Below are positions 50,760 through 61,152 of a DNA stretch of 64,000 nt, piece after piece (position 1 is the stretch's first letter; the number at the start of each line of letters is the position of its first letter). This DNA is from a virus. The DNA lies in IMG/VR virus record IMGVR_UViG_3300050821_008688, positions 35,669 through 99,668 of that record. One strand, 5' to 3'. Under the pieces are notes generated by a model. The model made no database searches. It had not been told where the DNA came from and saw nothing but the letters and a program-made list of their open reading frames with translations. The translations under genes and the position numbers were made by a program.

Positions 50760-51227
50760 ATGTCTGTGTCTATGAACAAAGTAATTCTTATTGGTCGGTT
50801 GGGAAAAGACCCGCAGGTACGTGAGGTGGGCGACACGTCCGTGGCGAATTTTAGTCTTGCCACAGACGAGTCATACAAAGACCGGGACGGCGAGAAGCAG
50901 AAAAAAACCGAGTGGCACAACATAGTCGTGTGGGGCAACTCGGCGAAAAATTTCGTTGAGCCTTATCTGCATTGCGGCGACCTGATTATGGTTGAAGGTA
51001 AACTCCAGACTCGCAAGTGGACCGACAAAGATGGGAACGACAAGTACACGACTGAAATCAACGTAACGAATATTCAGCCCGTCATTACCGGTAATAGCGG
51101 CGCGGCACAAGACCGTGGCACCAAGTCTGCTACGACAAAGGCCAAGCCAAAGACGCAAACGAAGGCGCGGGAGCAAGAGCCTGCGGGGGATACGGGCGAT
51201 GTTGAACGCGGAGAAATTACCTTCTGA
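50760..51227 (+). CDS. ssb: single-stranded DNA-binding protein
   Basis: NKVILIGRLGKDP, TEWHNIVVWG, VEGKLQTRKW, acidic tail ending in F. Confidence 0.96.
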   Translation: MSVSMNKVILIGRLGKDPQVREVGDTSVANFSLATDESYKDRDGEKQKKTEWHNIVVWGNSAKNFVEPYLHCGDLIMVEGKLQTRKWTDKDGNDKYTTEINVTNIQPVITGNSGAAQDRGTKSATTKAKPKTQTKAREQEPAGDTGDVERGEITF

Positions 51228-51383
51228 CATTCTCTACCTGATTTGGGCGGGACTGTGGCAGGGGATTGGTCTTGAAATATCGTTTCTTTTTTTCTGGATT
51301 GGCTGGCACGCTTTGTACCGGCGCGTTGCGCATAAGTTTGACCCAGATGCGTTTTTTCATGTAATCCACGACTACTTCACAAA

Positions 51384-52961
51384 ATGAGCGACCTAGACCG
51401 CGACCAACAGGCAATAGTTGATTCCCCGGAAGGGGTTCGTATTGTGGTAGCTGGTCCCGGCACCGGCAAGACTACCACGATGGTGGAATTGATTCACTCG
51501 TTGCTAGACGCGGGGGTTTCTGCTTCAGATATCCGCGCGGTCACTTTCTCGAAAGAGATGGCTGATGTTTTAGAAAAGCGTACGAAAGTGGCGGGCATCG
51601 TTTCCACACTTCATAGCTTGGGATACAGAATTTGTTCCGAGACAGACCGTAAACCAGTTGAACCTGAACTACGACACCGGCTAATGTGCAAACTAATTCG
51701 CAAGTGGCACGTTGACTACAAAGAGCTAGACAATTTCATCGCAAAGATGCGTCGAGAAAACTTGGAGCCTCGGGAGGCAGCGGAATGCGGAAAATACGAT
51801 TACGGCTTTATCGGAGCCTACAGCGAGTACGAACGTGTCAGACGGGCGGAAGGTTGGATGGACTTCGACAGTATGTTGCACGATTCCGTACAAATGTTAG
51901 AAAATGCACAAACTCGTGCAAGGTGGCAATCCAAATACCTGATTGTGGACGAAGCGCAAGATACGGACGATTTGCAGTGGCGGATGATGCAACTCATGTC
52001 GGAGAAATACGGCAACGTCACCGTGGTCGGTGACCCAAATCAAGCCATATACGGTTTTCGTGGAGCAAAACCAGAGAATATTACTGAGTTTGAGAAATGG
52101 TTTCCCGGTGGTAGGAATCTTTATCTCGGGAGAAACTATCGCAGCACGCGCAACATCGTGAAATTTATTCGAGAAAATGCGCCGAAGGGTACGCCGAGAG
52201 AGTTGTTGGACAAAATGGTGGCAGTGCGCGACGAAGACGGGCCGATAATTGGTTTGAAGATGTACTGGAACGAGGATGTGGAGGCTGAATCGGCGTTGAA
52301 ATTGGCATCAGCGGACCCACTGAACAGCGTTATTCTGGCACGCACCAATCGGATGGTCGGTTTGTTAGAACGAATCTGCAACCGCCACAGTATTCGGTAT
52401 CACTTGTTGGGGAAGACGAGCTTCTGGAAGCAGAATGAGATTCGCAAGGCCGTTGATGCGCTGAAAAACTACCCGACTCTTTTGACTGAAGCCGCATGCA
52501 ATGTAGCACTACCGCATATTGAAGCGAAATATGCAGTGGAAGACCGCACCGACCGGGATAACGATGCGCTCGAAAATCTGGCGGTGTTGCGCATTATCGG
52601 TAAGGATTATAAGATGGCGCGCGATTTTGTAGTTTATGCCAACAAGATGATGCACCGTCGCAATGACCCGCGCGGGATAACGATTTCCACGATTCACCAA
52701 GCGAAAGGCGGCGAGTGGGACAACGTTTATCTCATTGGCGCGAATGCCAAGATGATTCCACACGTTAAGGGTGACCCGCTTGAAGAGGAGCGGATTTATT
52801 TCGTGGCGATTTCTCGCCCGCGCAACTATTTGCGTATTTCGTTTGCAGGAACGCCATCCCCGTATCTGCGGAAGTATCTGACCGAGGAAATTTTGGACAA
52901 GCTGACGGCATGCGCGGACGAGGTTCAGCGGTTAGGGGAACAACATGAACTTTTCTCTTGA
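51384..52961 (+). CDS. UvrD/Rep SF1 helicase
   Basis: AGPGTGKT, VDEAQD, VGDPNQAIYGFRGA, NYRS, TIHQAKGGEW. Confidence 0.95.
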   Translation: MSDLDRDQQAIVDSPEGVRIVVAGPGTGKTTTMVELIHSLLDAGVSASDIRAVTFSKEMADVLEKRTKVAGIVSTLHSLGYRICSETDRKPVEPELRHRLMCKLIRKWHVDYKELDNFIAKMRRENLEPREAAECGKYDYGFIGAYSEYERVRRAEGWMDFDSMLHDSVQMLENAQTRARWQSKYLIVDEAQDTDDLQWRMMQLMSEKYGNVTVVGDPNQAIYGFRGAKPENITEFEKWFPGGRNLYLGRNYRSTRNIVKFIRENAPKGTPRELLDKMVAVRDEDGPIIGLKMYWNEDVEAESALKLASADPLNSVILARTNRMVGLLERICNRHSIRYHLLGKTSFWKQNEIRKAVDALKNYPTLLTEAACNVALPHIEAKYAVEDRTDRDNDALENLAVLRIIGKDYKMARDFVVYANKMMHRRNDPRGITISTIHQAKGGEWDNVYLIGANAKMIPHVKGDPLEEERIYFVAISRPRNYLRISFAGTPSPYLRKYLTEEILDKLTACADEVQRLGEQHELFS

Positions 52962-53051
52962 CATGTTTTCAGAAGTTTGGTCTACTAAGTAAGAGTCTGA
53001 CATATACGCACGTTGTGTGGGGGACTCGGAGCATTCAGACAGGAGCATATT

Positions 53052-53981
53052 ATGAATTTCACCGTTGTACGAAAAAACATACCAATTGATGTTTCTCTGG
53101 TCAAATCCAACGAATTTGATGTTCGGGACGAGGCAGGTAAGGACCAATCGGCAATTGACGAATTGGTGGCTCAAGGATTTCTTTCTCAACTTCCAATTCT
53201 TACCTCGGATTATGTTCTTCTTGACGGACGAACGGGTTTTGAGGCTGAGAAAGTGTTGGATGGAAAGTTTGGCGAAGACGGCAAGTTAGTGGCACTCGCC
53301 ACTGTCGTGCGGGTAGACTTCGTTGGATTTGCGTGGGCGTCATTAACCCCTGAACAGAAACAGGAAGCCATTACATGGGCTCTTCAACGAAACTTACCCA
53401 CCTATGGTTTTTCACGCCCTGCCACTCAAGCGGACGTCCAGCATGTGGCGGTGCAGTTGATGGGGCAGGGGGCAGATAAAGCGAAAACAATAAAACTTCT
53501 GGTTTCGGCGGGCGTAAAGATTAGTCGCGCCACGAAGTTAAGTCAACTTGCCGAGAGTGAGATAAACGCTCGGGACACCCGTACCGCTGACACGTACAGT
53601 AAACAGCACGATGTCAGCCCAAGCGCGGCAGTATCAGCATTGGTGCGCCAAGGTGTAATTGCTCCTGCCCGTGCCGAAAAAGTGAAAGAAATGGTCAAGA
53701 ACTACGGGCAAAAAGGAAAGGTAAACCGTCCTCAGAGTACGTCATACGTTCGGACATCGCAAACGGCCCTGACGGATGCGATTGCCGCAGTGAAGCGGTA
53801 TAATGACGCCAATCTGAAAAAGTTTTTAGACGACAGCCACAAGTACACGGGAAAGTTTGTGGTTGACGTGGCTGATATCCATGTTCGGACGGCGGCGAAG
53901 ATTCTTGCTCAAGCCGAGCGTGGAGCAGACCGGATTCGGACGGAAGTGAATAAGCGGGTTCCATCCACACACCGCTTTTAG
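53052..53981 (+). CDS. ParB-like N-terminal domain protein (degenerate)
   Basis: SNEFDVR...IDELVAQGFLSQLPIL...LLDGRTGFEA; helical C-terminus. Confidence 0.5.
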   Translation: MNFTVVRKNIPIDVSLVKSNEFDVRDEAGKDQSAIDELVAQGFLSQLPILTSDYVLLDGRTGFEAEKVLDGKFGEDGKLVALATVVRVDFVGFAWASLTPEQKQEAITWALQRNLPTYGFSRPATQADVQHVAVQLMGQGADKAKTIKLLVSAGVKISRATKLSQLAESEINARDTRTADTYSKQHDVSPSAAVSALVRQGVIAPARAEKVKEMVKNYGQKGKVNRPQSTSYVRTSQTALTDAIAAVKRYNDANLKKFLDDSHKYTGKFVVDVADIHVRTAAKILAQAERGADRIRTEVNKRVPSTHRF

Positions 53982-54016
53982 CGTTTGCTGTTGTACATGT
54001 TTTAGCCTTTTCAGTT

Positions 54017-54086
54017 GCAGGGCTCGTCCAACAAGGACACTCGGTCCTCCGAGGGAATATCGGTTTGACTCCGATGCCCCGCTCCA
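54017..54086 (+). tRNA. non-canonical tRNA(Gly)-like RNA with a 4-nt anticodon loop
   Basis: GCAGGGC-TC-GTCC-AACAA-GGAC-A-CTCGG-TCCT-CCGAG-GGAAT-ATCGG-TTTGACT-CCGAT-GCCCCGC-T-CCA. Confidence 0.8.
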
Positions 54087-54103
54087 GTTTTACGGGGAGA
54101 ACT

Positions 54104-54718
54104 ATGTCACTTGAGCAATACACGGAAACAGAACTAGTCTTGCCCGAAAATCTTCCGAAAGACCAGTGGATTGCCGTAGGGGTGCGCCTGCGACTAGACC
54201 AAAAATCTATCCAGTGGTGGATTGGCGACTGGATAAACTACGGCGAAAAAGTTTACGGAGAAACGTATAAACTTGCGGCGAGTGCTACCGGGTATGAAGA
54301 AAGTTCACTTCAAACTATGGCGTCGGTCTCCAAGCGTGTTGAACCTTTGTTACGTAACAAGGATTTGTCTTGGAATCACCACAAAGAAGTAGCTTCGCTC
54401 GACACCCCTGAACAACAGCGATACTGGTTGAACTGCGCCGCCCAGAAACCGCCTCTATCTGTCCGAGAACTCCGAGACATGATTCACCAGAAACCCGAAG
54501 CACCTCGGTCAGAAGAAATTTGGCGGTTGCGGGAGTGGATTAAACAAAATTGTCCATCAGTACAGGCGTATGTTCAAAATTCAACGTATGATGTGGTTGA
54601 ACGCTTGAAGACAGGGGATGTGGATAAATTCGATTTAGAGATTCGTCTAGTATCGGCGGACGATGTTAAAGTAATTTGCGCTCGACTAGCGCAACAGGGG
54701 TTCCCCATTGAAGCGTGA
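54104..54718 (+). CDS. LmbU-like DNA-binding protein
   Basis: WWIGDWINYGEKVYGETY...TGY...LSWNHHKEVA...LSVRELR. Confidence 0.75.
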   Translation: MSLEQYTETELVLPENLPKDQWIAVGVRLRLDQKSIQWWIGDWINYGEKVYGETYKLAASATGYEESSLQTMASVSKRVEPLLRNKDLSWNHHKEVASLDTPEQQRYWLNCAAQKPPLSVRELRDMIHQKPEAPRSEEIWRLREWIKQNCPSVQAYVQNSTYDVVERLKTGDVDKFDLEIRLVSADDVKVICARLAQQGFPIEA

Positions 54719-55727
54719 ATATGACACCGAGCGTAAAGACTACGCTACAAGCACGGCATTAACACTAATACACCCTGACAAAATTCGGGTTCTTACTACT
54801 CCATCCAGCGTGATTGCTTTTTATCAGAAAAGAATGTCTAAAGCTGATTGGCGTCCCGCTCCGGGTAGAAAACTAGGATTTCTTGTAGTTCAGGATGACT
54901 ACCTGCTAGGTCTTTTATTTTTAGCCACGCCTGTTATTCGCATGACGGTGCGGGACGATTACTTGTTCCCTCCAAGTGTTCGGTTCAAGTGGATGATGGA
55001 GCATAACGCATCTATTTTTAATATAGGACTCGCAACTCGGGACTTCATGGACCTATCTGTTTGTGTATCCGCGCAGCCTATTGGGTGGCACTGGAACCTT
55101 GGAAAATTGATGGCTCTTATAGCGCCCACGCTTGGGGATTTTGTGAACGCTCGATACAGCCAAGATACTTTTCGCGGAGTCATCACCACCTCTGTGTGGG
55201 GACGAAGCGTTCAATACAACCGTGTCTATAGATTTTTAGGCTTGTCCAAAGGAAACGGGCGCGAACAATATGATGACGCTGCCGTTGCCCGCATGGTTCA
55301 GGAACTACGACAGCGCTGTCCTCACTGCAATGAACGCCGACTCGAAGCCGACGAGTACTATGCAATTCACCCATTAAGTAAAACACGGCGCGCGTATCTT
55401 CATGCCCGTGAACTTCGAGATAAATTATCTGTAGGGGCACTCAACAAAGAATACGCCGACTTGTGTCTTGTGCCGGGACAACGATTTGGAGAAGGAACTA
55501 ATTCAGTCATGAGAAAAATAGCAGCATACCGCCAAATGACAGGGGACAAGTCCATCACCCTTAAACATGGAAAAGCCCGAGGCGTGTACTACCACCCCGC
55601 CGTGCCTTCCACTCAACGTGCCGAAGTTATTCAACAGTGGTTTACCCGCTGGGGTTTGCCGAGGTATGAACGGACCAAAAATGAAATACCCCCGTATCAA
55701 AACGGGCTGGAAGGGAGACCAGCATGA
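54708..55727 (+). CDS. DUF4338/DruA-like protein (possible Mom-like DNA-modifying transferase)
   Basis: PGRKLGFLV, LATPVIRMTVRDDY, GKLMAL, TTSVWGRSVQYNR, FLGLSKG. Confidence 0.7.
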   Translation: MKREYDTERKDYATSTALTLIHPDKIRVLTTPSSVIAFYQKRMSKADWRPAPGRKLGFLVVQDDYLLGLLFLATPVIRMTVRDDYLFPPSVRFKWMMEHNASIFNIGLATRDFMDLSVCVSAQPIGWHWNLGKLMALIAPTLGDFVNARYSQDTFRGVITTSVWGRSVQYNRVYRFLGLSKGNGREQYDDAAVARMVQELRQRCPHCNERRLEADEYYAIHPLSKTRRAYLHARELRDKLSVGALNKEYADLCLVPGQRFGEGTNSVMRKIAAYRQMTGDKSITLKHGKARGVYYHPAVPSTQRAEVIQQWFTRWGLPRYERTKNEIPPYQNGLEGRPA

Positions 55728-56854
55728 AACCGCATCTGTACATCAACTCGAAGGGATATCCGGTGAACCGCCATAGCTACTCGGGGAGCGATTCCTTCAA
55801 TTTCTGCGCGCGCAAGTATTATTTGGAGCGTATTCAAGGTTGGGCTGAAAAAACCGAGCGGTCGTCTAAATTTTTCGGCACCGCGATTGATACCTGTGTT
55901 CAATTCTACCATCAGCATCGCATGGACCTGACCGCTACTCTTGCGGAATTCCAACGGCTGTGGGCAGAGCACAAAGACCAGCCGTACCTATATAACAAAA
56001 CCGACAAAGATTGGGCGACCCTGAACGTGATGGGTCAGCAAATGATTCGTCTCTACGCTATCCGCTACCCGACACTCCCGTGGATTGTGAATAATCCCGA
56101 AGACTTTCAGGTTAAAAATAGCTTCGAGGTTTTTCCGGGCACAAAGCTGGCGGGTCTTGAATTCACTTCATACATTGACTGCATTGCGCAACTGAAAAAC
56201 ACGTTTGAACCCCTTATCATTGATTCAAAGACTAGCGGCAAAGACGTACCTGAGTTTACTGTGCTAGACCCACAACTCCGCAGTTACGCGTGGGTGCGTC
56301 GGCGTCCCGAAGATGCGGTGACCGCCGTAGCGTTCCTATGGCTTCGTAAATGCGGGCTTGAAGTTTCTAAGGGTGATAACGCAACGCTGCTAGAGGATGC
56401 TGGTGGTTTGCATGCGGGTGATGACGTGATTGTGCTGGCGTCAGACGCCTTTGGACTCTGGGTTACGCAGAATCCACAGGTTGTTGATGACATGGACGCG
56501 AAATTTAAAGGCAGCGCGAAAGCTACGGTTGCGGCGCGTACCGAATACATTCAGGCTAATGGCATCGGCGTCGCAGAACGTGCAGTCACGAAGCAAAAAG
56601 TCCAGTTCAAGATAGCATACATCACGAAAGAGAGCGCCGAAGATATCGGACGCTCAATTAAACAGGACATCATCAACATCGTCAAAGCAACCGAGAATGA
56701 TTTCTTCCCGATGCAGAGCGGTGTGCGTTTTCCGAATGAGAAGTGCCCAATCTGTCCGATGCGCGGAATTTGCGCCAACCGGCCTGATTTGCGGGATACG
56801 CTCCTAGTCCGAAAGCAGTTAGATGAATTTGATTTCGGAAAGGAAAGCGAGTAG
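55724..56854 (+). CDS. PD-(D/E)xK RecB/Cas4-like exonuclease
   Basis: SYS...CARKYYL, YIDCI...IIDSKTS, QLRSY, CPICPMRGIC. Confidence 0.85.
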   Translation: MKPHLYINSKGYPVNRHSYSGSDSFNFCARKYYLERIQGWAEKTERSSKFFGTAIDTCVQFYHQHRMDLTATLAEFQRLWAEHKDQPYLYNKTDKDWATLNVMGQQMIRLYAIRYPTLPWIVNNPEDFQVKNSFEVFPGTKLAGLEFTSYIDCIAQLKNTFEPLIIDSKTSGKDVPEFTVLDPQLRSYAWVRRRPEDAVTAVAFLWLRKCGLEVSKGDNATLLEDAGGLHAGDDVIVLASDAFGLWVTQNPQVVDDMDAKFKGSAKATVAARTEYIQANGIGVAERAVTKQKVQFKIAYITKESAEDIGRSIKQDIINIVKATENDFFPMQSGVRFPNEKCPICPMRGICANRPDLRDTLLVRKQLDEFDFGKESE

Positions 56855-56863
56855 AATCTCATC

Positions 56864-58849
56864 ATGAATAATTACGACGCGGTTCCTGAAATCCTGAAGG
56901 ATTTGCCACAGTGGATTGTCTGGAAGTTGGAGCGGCGCAACGGCAAAGCTACAAAACTTCCGTACGACGCTAAAAAAGCAGGAGTATATGCCAAATCAAA
57001 CGACGAGACTACGTGGGCAACTTTTGACGTGGCTCTTGACACGGCCTCCAACATCACAAACGACTATGATGGTGTTGGATTCATGCTTCACGGAACCGAT
57101 TTGGTTGGAATTGACTTCGACGGCGTCCTACATGATGGTTCTCCCGAACCGTTCGTACTCGAAATCCTCCGTCATCTTGGCGACCCGTATAGCGAAATCA
57201 CTCCATCCGGCAACGGGCTGCGGGCGTTCGTTCAGTGTAAAACTTTGCCGACCGGACAACGCAAATTTAGTGGCAACAAATATGGTGCCGAAATCTATAG
57301 CGGGTCTGAGGGCGGGCGATATCTCACAGTAACCGGCAATCAATTTTCCGGTACTGGTGTTCCAAAAATTGAAAATATTGACATCGCCTACTTCATGGTG
57401 ACGCAGATTCGCAACGCGAAGCTGAAAGCCCTGTGGATGGGTGACACTTCGGAATACAATAATGACCAATCCGCAGCGGACCTAGCTCTCCTCAACATTC
57501 TCAAACATCTTTTCAATGGCGACCCACAGAAGATGGAGCGATATTTCAGTGCGTCCGTGTTGGGCCAGCGCGAGAAGTGGACGCAGCGCGAAGATTATCG
57601 CAAGCGCACAATCGCTCGCGCGCTCGACGGCGAGACCCAGCCTGAACCTGAACCCGCCGCCACGAAGAAAAAAGCGAATGCACTTCCTGCCGCTGAAATG
57701 ATTGCGATAACGGGCGATAAAATTGTGCCGAAGAGAGTAAAGTGGCTGTGGCGAGACCGCGTTCCGTTTGGCAAAATCACGCTGTATGCGGGCAATCCTG
57801 ACAACGGAAAATCATTGGCGGGAATGGACCTTGCCGCGCGCGTTACGACTGGTCGAAGTTTTCCGCTGGGCGATGAAAATAAGTATGAGCCCTTCGATGT
57901 TTTGATGCTACTAGGCGAAGATGATTTGGATGATACTGCGGTGCCGCGTCTTATGGCTGCGGGCGCGGACATGAAGCGTATTCATTTTCCCGAAGGCGTC
58001 GTGCGACCCAACGACTCGGACTCTGAAGTCAGATTGGACTTGGATTTGCCTGCTCTTGACGCCTACCTCGACAAAAATCCCGCCATCAAGCTAATCGTTA
58101 TTGACCCTATCACCAACTATCTGGGCGAAGTCCACATGGTGGCGGAGCAGGAGGCTCGCTCGATTCTTATTCCCTTGAAACGGCTCGCCGCGAAGCGGAT
58201 GATTGCCGTGGTGATGGTGATGCACTTGAATAAAAAATCGGAACAGGACGCAATCTCCCGCGTCGGTGGCGCGATGGCGTTCATCGGTGTAGCGCGATGC
58301 TCTTGGATGTTCATTCGAGACTCTAGTACTGGCGAGGGGGAAATCAAAGACAGCTTTTCTATGGCGCGCATCAAAAACAACCTGACCAAAGCGTCGGGTA
58401 GTGGCATCGCCTATCACATTGACGTTCATAAAATAGAAATCCCCGGCGAATTGGAACCTGTGTGGGCTCCGTACGCGGTGTGGGATGAGTCTATCAACAA
58501 AACCGCTGACGACGTGCTAGACGAACGGCGCGAAAAGTCTGGGGGTGGAAGGCCAAAAGGCACGGATGACGTGCTACAGGAAGCCGTACGCTGGCTGGAA
58601 GGGGTTCTGGGCACGGGTGCCAAGGCTGAGAAGTGGATTGCCGACCACGCAAAACACGAAGCGGATATTTCCCCCGCGACTTTGCGGCGCGCGAAGACGC
58701 AACTGAAGGTGAAATCGCGGCAGGCAGCAGGCGGTTGGATATGGGAGATGCCAAAAGTGATGGCGGTTGAACCGAAAAGTGATGATGAGTGGGCTCCGCA
58801 AGATGAGGATGATATCAATCCCGAGACCACGGAGTTTGAACTTCGATGA
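56864..58849 (+). CDS. primase-polymerase fused to an AAA/RepA-like helicase
   Basis: LPQWIVW, GIDFD, EITPSGNGLR, DQSAAD, GNPDNGKS, IVIDP, HLNK. Confidence 0.9.
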   Translation: MNNYDAVPEILKDLPQWIVWKLERRNGKATKLPYDAKKAGVYAKSNDETTWATFDVALDTASNITNDYDGVGFMLHGTDLVGIDFDGVLHDGSPEPFVLEILRHLGDPYSEITPSGNGLRAFVQCKTLPTGQRKFSGNKYGAEIYSGSEGGRYLTVTGNQFSGTGVPKIENIDIAYFMVTQIRNAKLKALWMGDTSEYNNDQSAADLALLNILKHLFNGDPQKMERYFSASVLGQREKWTQREDYRKRTIARALDGETQPEPEPAATKKKANALPAAEMIAITGDKIVPKRVKWLWRDRVPFGKITLYAGNPDNGKSLAGMDLAARVTTGRSFPLGDENKYEPFDVLMLLGEDDLDDTAVPRLMAAGADMKRIHFPEGVVRPNDSDSEVRLDLDLPALDAYLDKNPAIKLIVIDPITNYLGEVHMVAEQEARSILIPLKRLAAKRMIAVVMVMHLNKKSEQDAISRVGGAMAFIGVARCSWMFIRDSSTGEGEIKDSFSMARIKNNLTKASGSGIAYHIDVHKIEIPGELEPVWAPYAVWDESINKTADDVLDERREKSGGGRPKGTDDVLQEAVRWLEGVLGTGAKAEKWIADHAKHEADISPATLRRAKTQLKVKSRQAAGGWIWEMPKVMAVEPKSDDEWAPQDEDDINPETTEFELR

Positions 58850-58851
58850 CC

Positions 58852-59039
<188 letters not shown>

Positions 59040-59074
59040 TACCTACTTTCTTGTTGAGCATCTGGGAGGGTCCA

Positions 59075-59560
59075 ATGTACTCGTTGATTAAGGCACTGCC
59101 GAAAATTGCGGCGCGGGAGATGCAGAACACCCACGTCTTCCCGAAAAACCTGAAGGCGAAGTACGAACTGATTGCAGAAGCTTACGGAGCCGCCGCCGTC
59201 GAGGATGACTTTACGGACTGGTGCCGCGAGGTTCGCGACCGGAATCCCCGGTACCCTATCACCGAGTACATCAAGGTGGTGGACGCGCGCCTCGGTCGGG
59301 CGTTTGAGGAAGCGAAGGCTGACCTGAAAGACCCACGCATTCCCGAAATCGCGGCGCTGACTTATGACCTGACCGGCTATGTCCCGACGTTTCGTTCCGT
59401 GGGAAACATCTTGCTCTCGTTTACGCAGGAAGAAATTGAGGGCGCGCTGCGCGAATATGTTTCTACTTTGGACGACAAAGATGTTAAGATGGGAATGAAG
59501 ACGTTTTTCATGGAGGGCGGTGCGACGACTGTGATTCTAGCGCGCCAAAAACGAAAATGA
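59075..59560 (+). CDS. hypothetical protein
   Basis: GGAGG RBS. Confidence 0.65.
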   Translation: MYSLIKALPKIAAREMQNTHVFPKNLKAKYELIAEAYGAAAVEDDFTDWCREVRDRNPRYPITEYIKVVDARLGRAFEEAKADLKDPRIPEIAALTYDLTGYVPTFRSVGNILLSFTQEEIEGALREYVSTLDDKDVKMGMKTFFMEGGATTVILARQKRK

Positions 59561-59922
59561 TTACCGTCGTGAGAATTAGTCAAACACATTTGTGCGACCA
59601 CACGCGGTATATTGGCAGACCGTGGGCTGGACTGCCGGGGTCTATGTATTGCAATCCATTTCATCTTCAGAAGTATGCAAATCGGGAAGACTGCTTGCTT
59701 GATTTCGCGGAATATTGGTACTCGCCCGAGAAAAAGTGGTTGCGCGATGCAGCGGTGCATGATTTTGCAGAGAATGAAATTCTTGGCTGCTGGTGTCACC
59801 CGTTATTGTGTCACGGGGATATTGAGGCGGGTTATGTGAACTGGAAGCGTCACCCAGTACCGCCGCAGGAGATATTTGATTTTGGAGGGCCACCGAATGT
59901 GATTCTGGCGCGCCAAAAATGA
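59557..59922 (+). CDS. DUF4326 family protein
   Basis: YIGRP...NPF...LGCWCHPLLCHGD. Confidence 0.85.
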   Translation: MITVVRISQTHLCDHTRYIGRPWAGLPGSMYCNPFHLQKYANREDCLLDFAEYWYSPEKKWLRDAAVHDFAENEILGCWCHPLLCHGDIEAGYVNWKRHPVPPQEIFDFGGPPNVILARQK

Positions 59923-60079
59923 AAATGATGCAATGCAATTCATGCGGAGCGTTTGAAGGGTTAGAGTCGTGTCAGTACTGCGGGCTACTAATTTGTACTC
60001 GATGCAGGCATCCACATTCTGAAGCCTGCAAAGTTCATCAAGCGCGCAGAGGGCACGGACAAACAGTGAAGGAAATAAA

Positions 60080-60718
60080 GTGAGTGATTTCAAAACAGCG
60101 GACGAAGGCGGGCGGCTTCTGTGGGAGGCACAGGAGAGCGCGAAGGTGATGGCGGCGTACGAAGCCAACATCGAAAGTGGCTACGCACTTCTTGGCTGGA
60201 AGATGCTGGAAATTTCTGAGATGCAATACTGGCGCGTCGGCTACGCTACGTGGCGGGAGTATGTCAAAGTGGTAGCAGAGCACGCGCATAGAACACCGGG
60301 GCAAATTATGCAGTACTTTCTCACTGTTCGCGATTTGAGCGACACGTTCAGTATAAAACAAATGGAGGAGATGGGAATCACGAAAGCGGTAAAGTTGCGC
60401 GGCGCGAAAGATTACCTCCTGATATTTCCTGACGAGATTGTGGAAGCTGCGCTGGACCCGAAGGTGACGGTCAAGGAATTGAAGCGTATCATTGATAAAG
60501 AAATCAAGGCTCCTGAAGAGGAAGGCGATTGGTATGACGCGGAGATGGAATTCATGGTGACGCCAGAGCAGCGGGAACTGTTTGATAGCACAATAGAGAT
60601 TGCGATGCGTACGGACCCGCAGACAAAAACCACGATTTCAAAATCAGCGCAGATGTGCGACGTGTTTGAAAAGTTATGTATGGAATTCAGAGGTGCGCAT
60701 TCGGGAGACGGAAATTGA
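60080..60718 (+). CDS. hypothetical helical DNA-binding protein
   Basis: GYATWREYV...MGITKA...VTVKELK. Confidence 0.6.
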   Translation: MSDFKTADEGGRLLWEAQESAKVMAAYEANIESGYALLGWKMLEISEMQYWRVGYATWREYVKVVAEHAHRTPGQIMQYFLTVRDLSDTFSIKQMEEMGITKAVKLRGAKDYLLIFPDEIVEAALDPKVTVKELKRIIDKEIKAPEEEGDWYDAEMEFMVTPEQRELFDSTIEIAMRTDPQTKTTISKSAQMCDVFEKLCMEFRGAHSGDGN

Positions 60719-60731
60719 CACATACAGAGTA

Positions 60732-61152
60732 TATGCGGACGTGGCGAAAAACCCACCGCAAGCAGTGTCGAAAATACGATAAGAACTGGCGACACGCACA
60801 TCGCGGAACGGCGTTGGAGAGGAAAAGGTTAGAAAGGAAACTATATCCGATAAGTTACATGCTTCGTCGCGTGAAATATCGTGCCGCAAAAAGGCATTTG
60901 AATTTTAATCTCACCTTGGCGCACTTGGAGAGTTTGAAAGTGGATGTTTGCCCTGTTTTGGGTATAAAACTTCAATACGGGGGTGGTTCTTTATCTGACA
61001 ACTCCGCTTCGGTGGACCGCCGAGACAATACCAAAGGCTACATAGTAGGGAATGTTTTCATTATATCCCACCGCGCCAACGTCATCAAAAATTTCGGCAC
61101 CGTGGATGAACACCGCCGAGTCATTAAATATATGCAGGGAGACGGACAATGA
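60732..61152 (+). CDS. HNH/His-Me finger endonuclease
   Basis: CPVLG...SVDRRDNTKGYIVGNVFIISHRANVIK. Confidence 0.8.

Noticed and set aside
54708-55727. Druantia defence system
   Set aside because: Only a DruA-like gene is present, with no DruE helicase or DruB-D, and it is embedded in a phage replication operon
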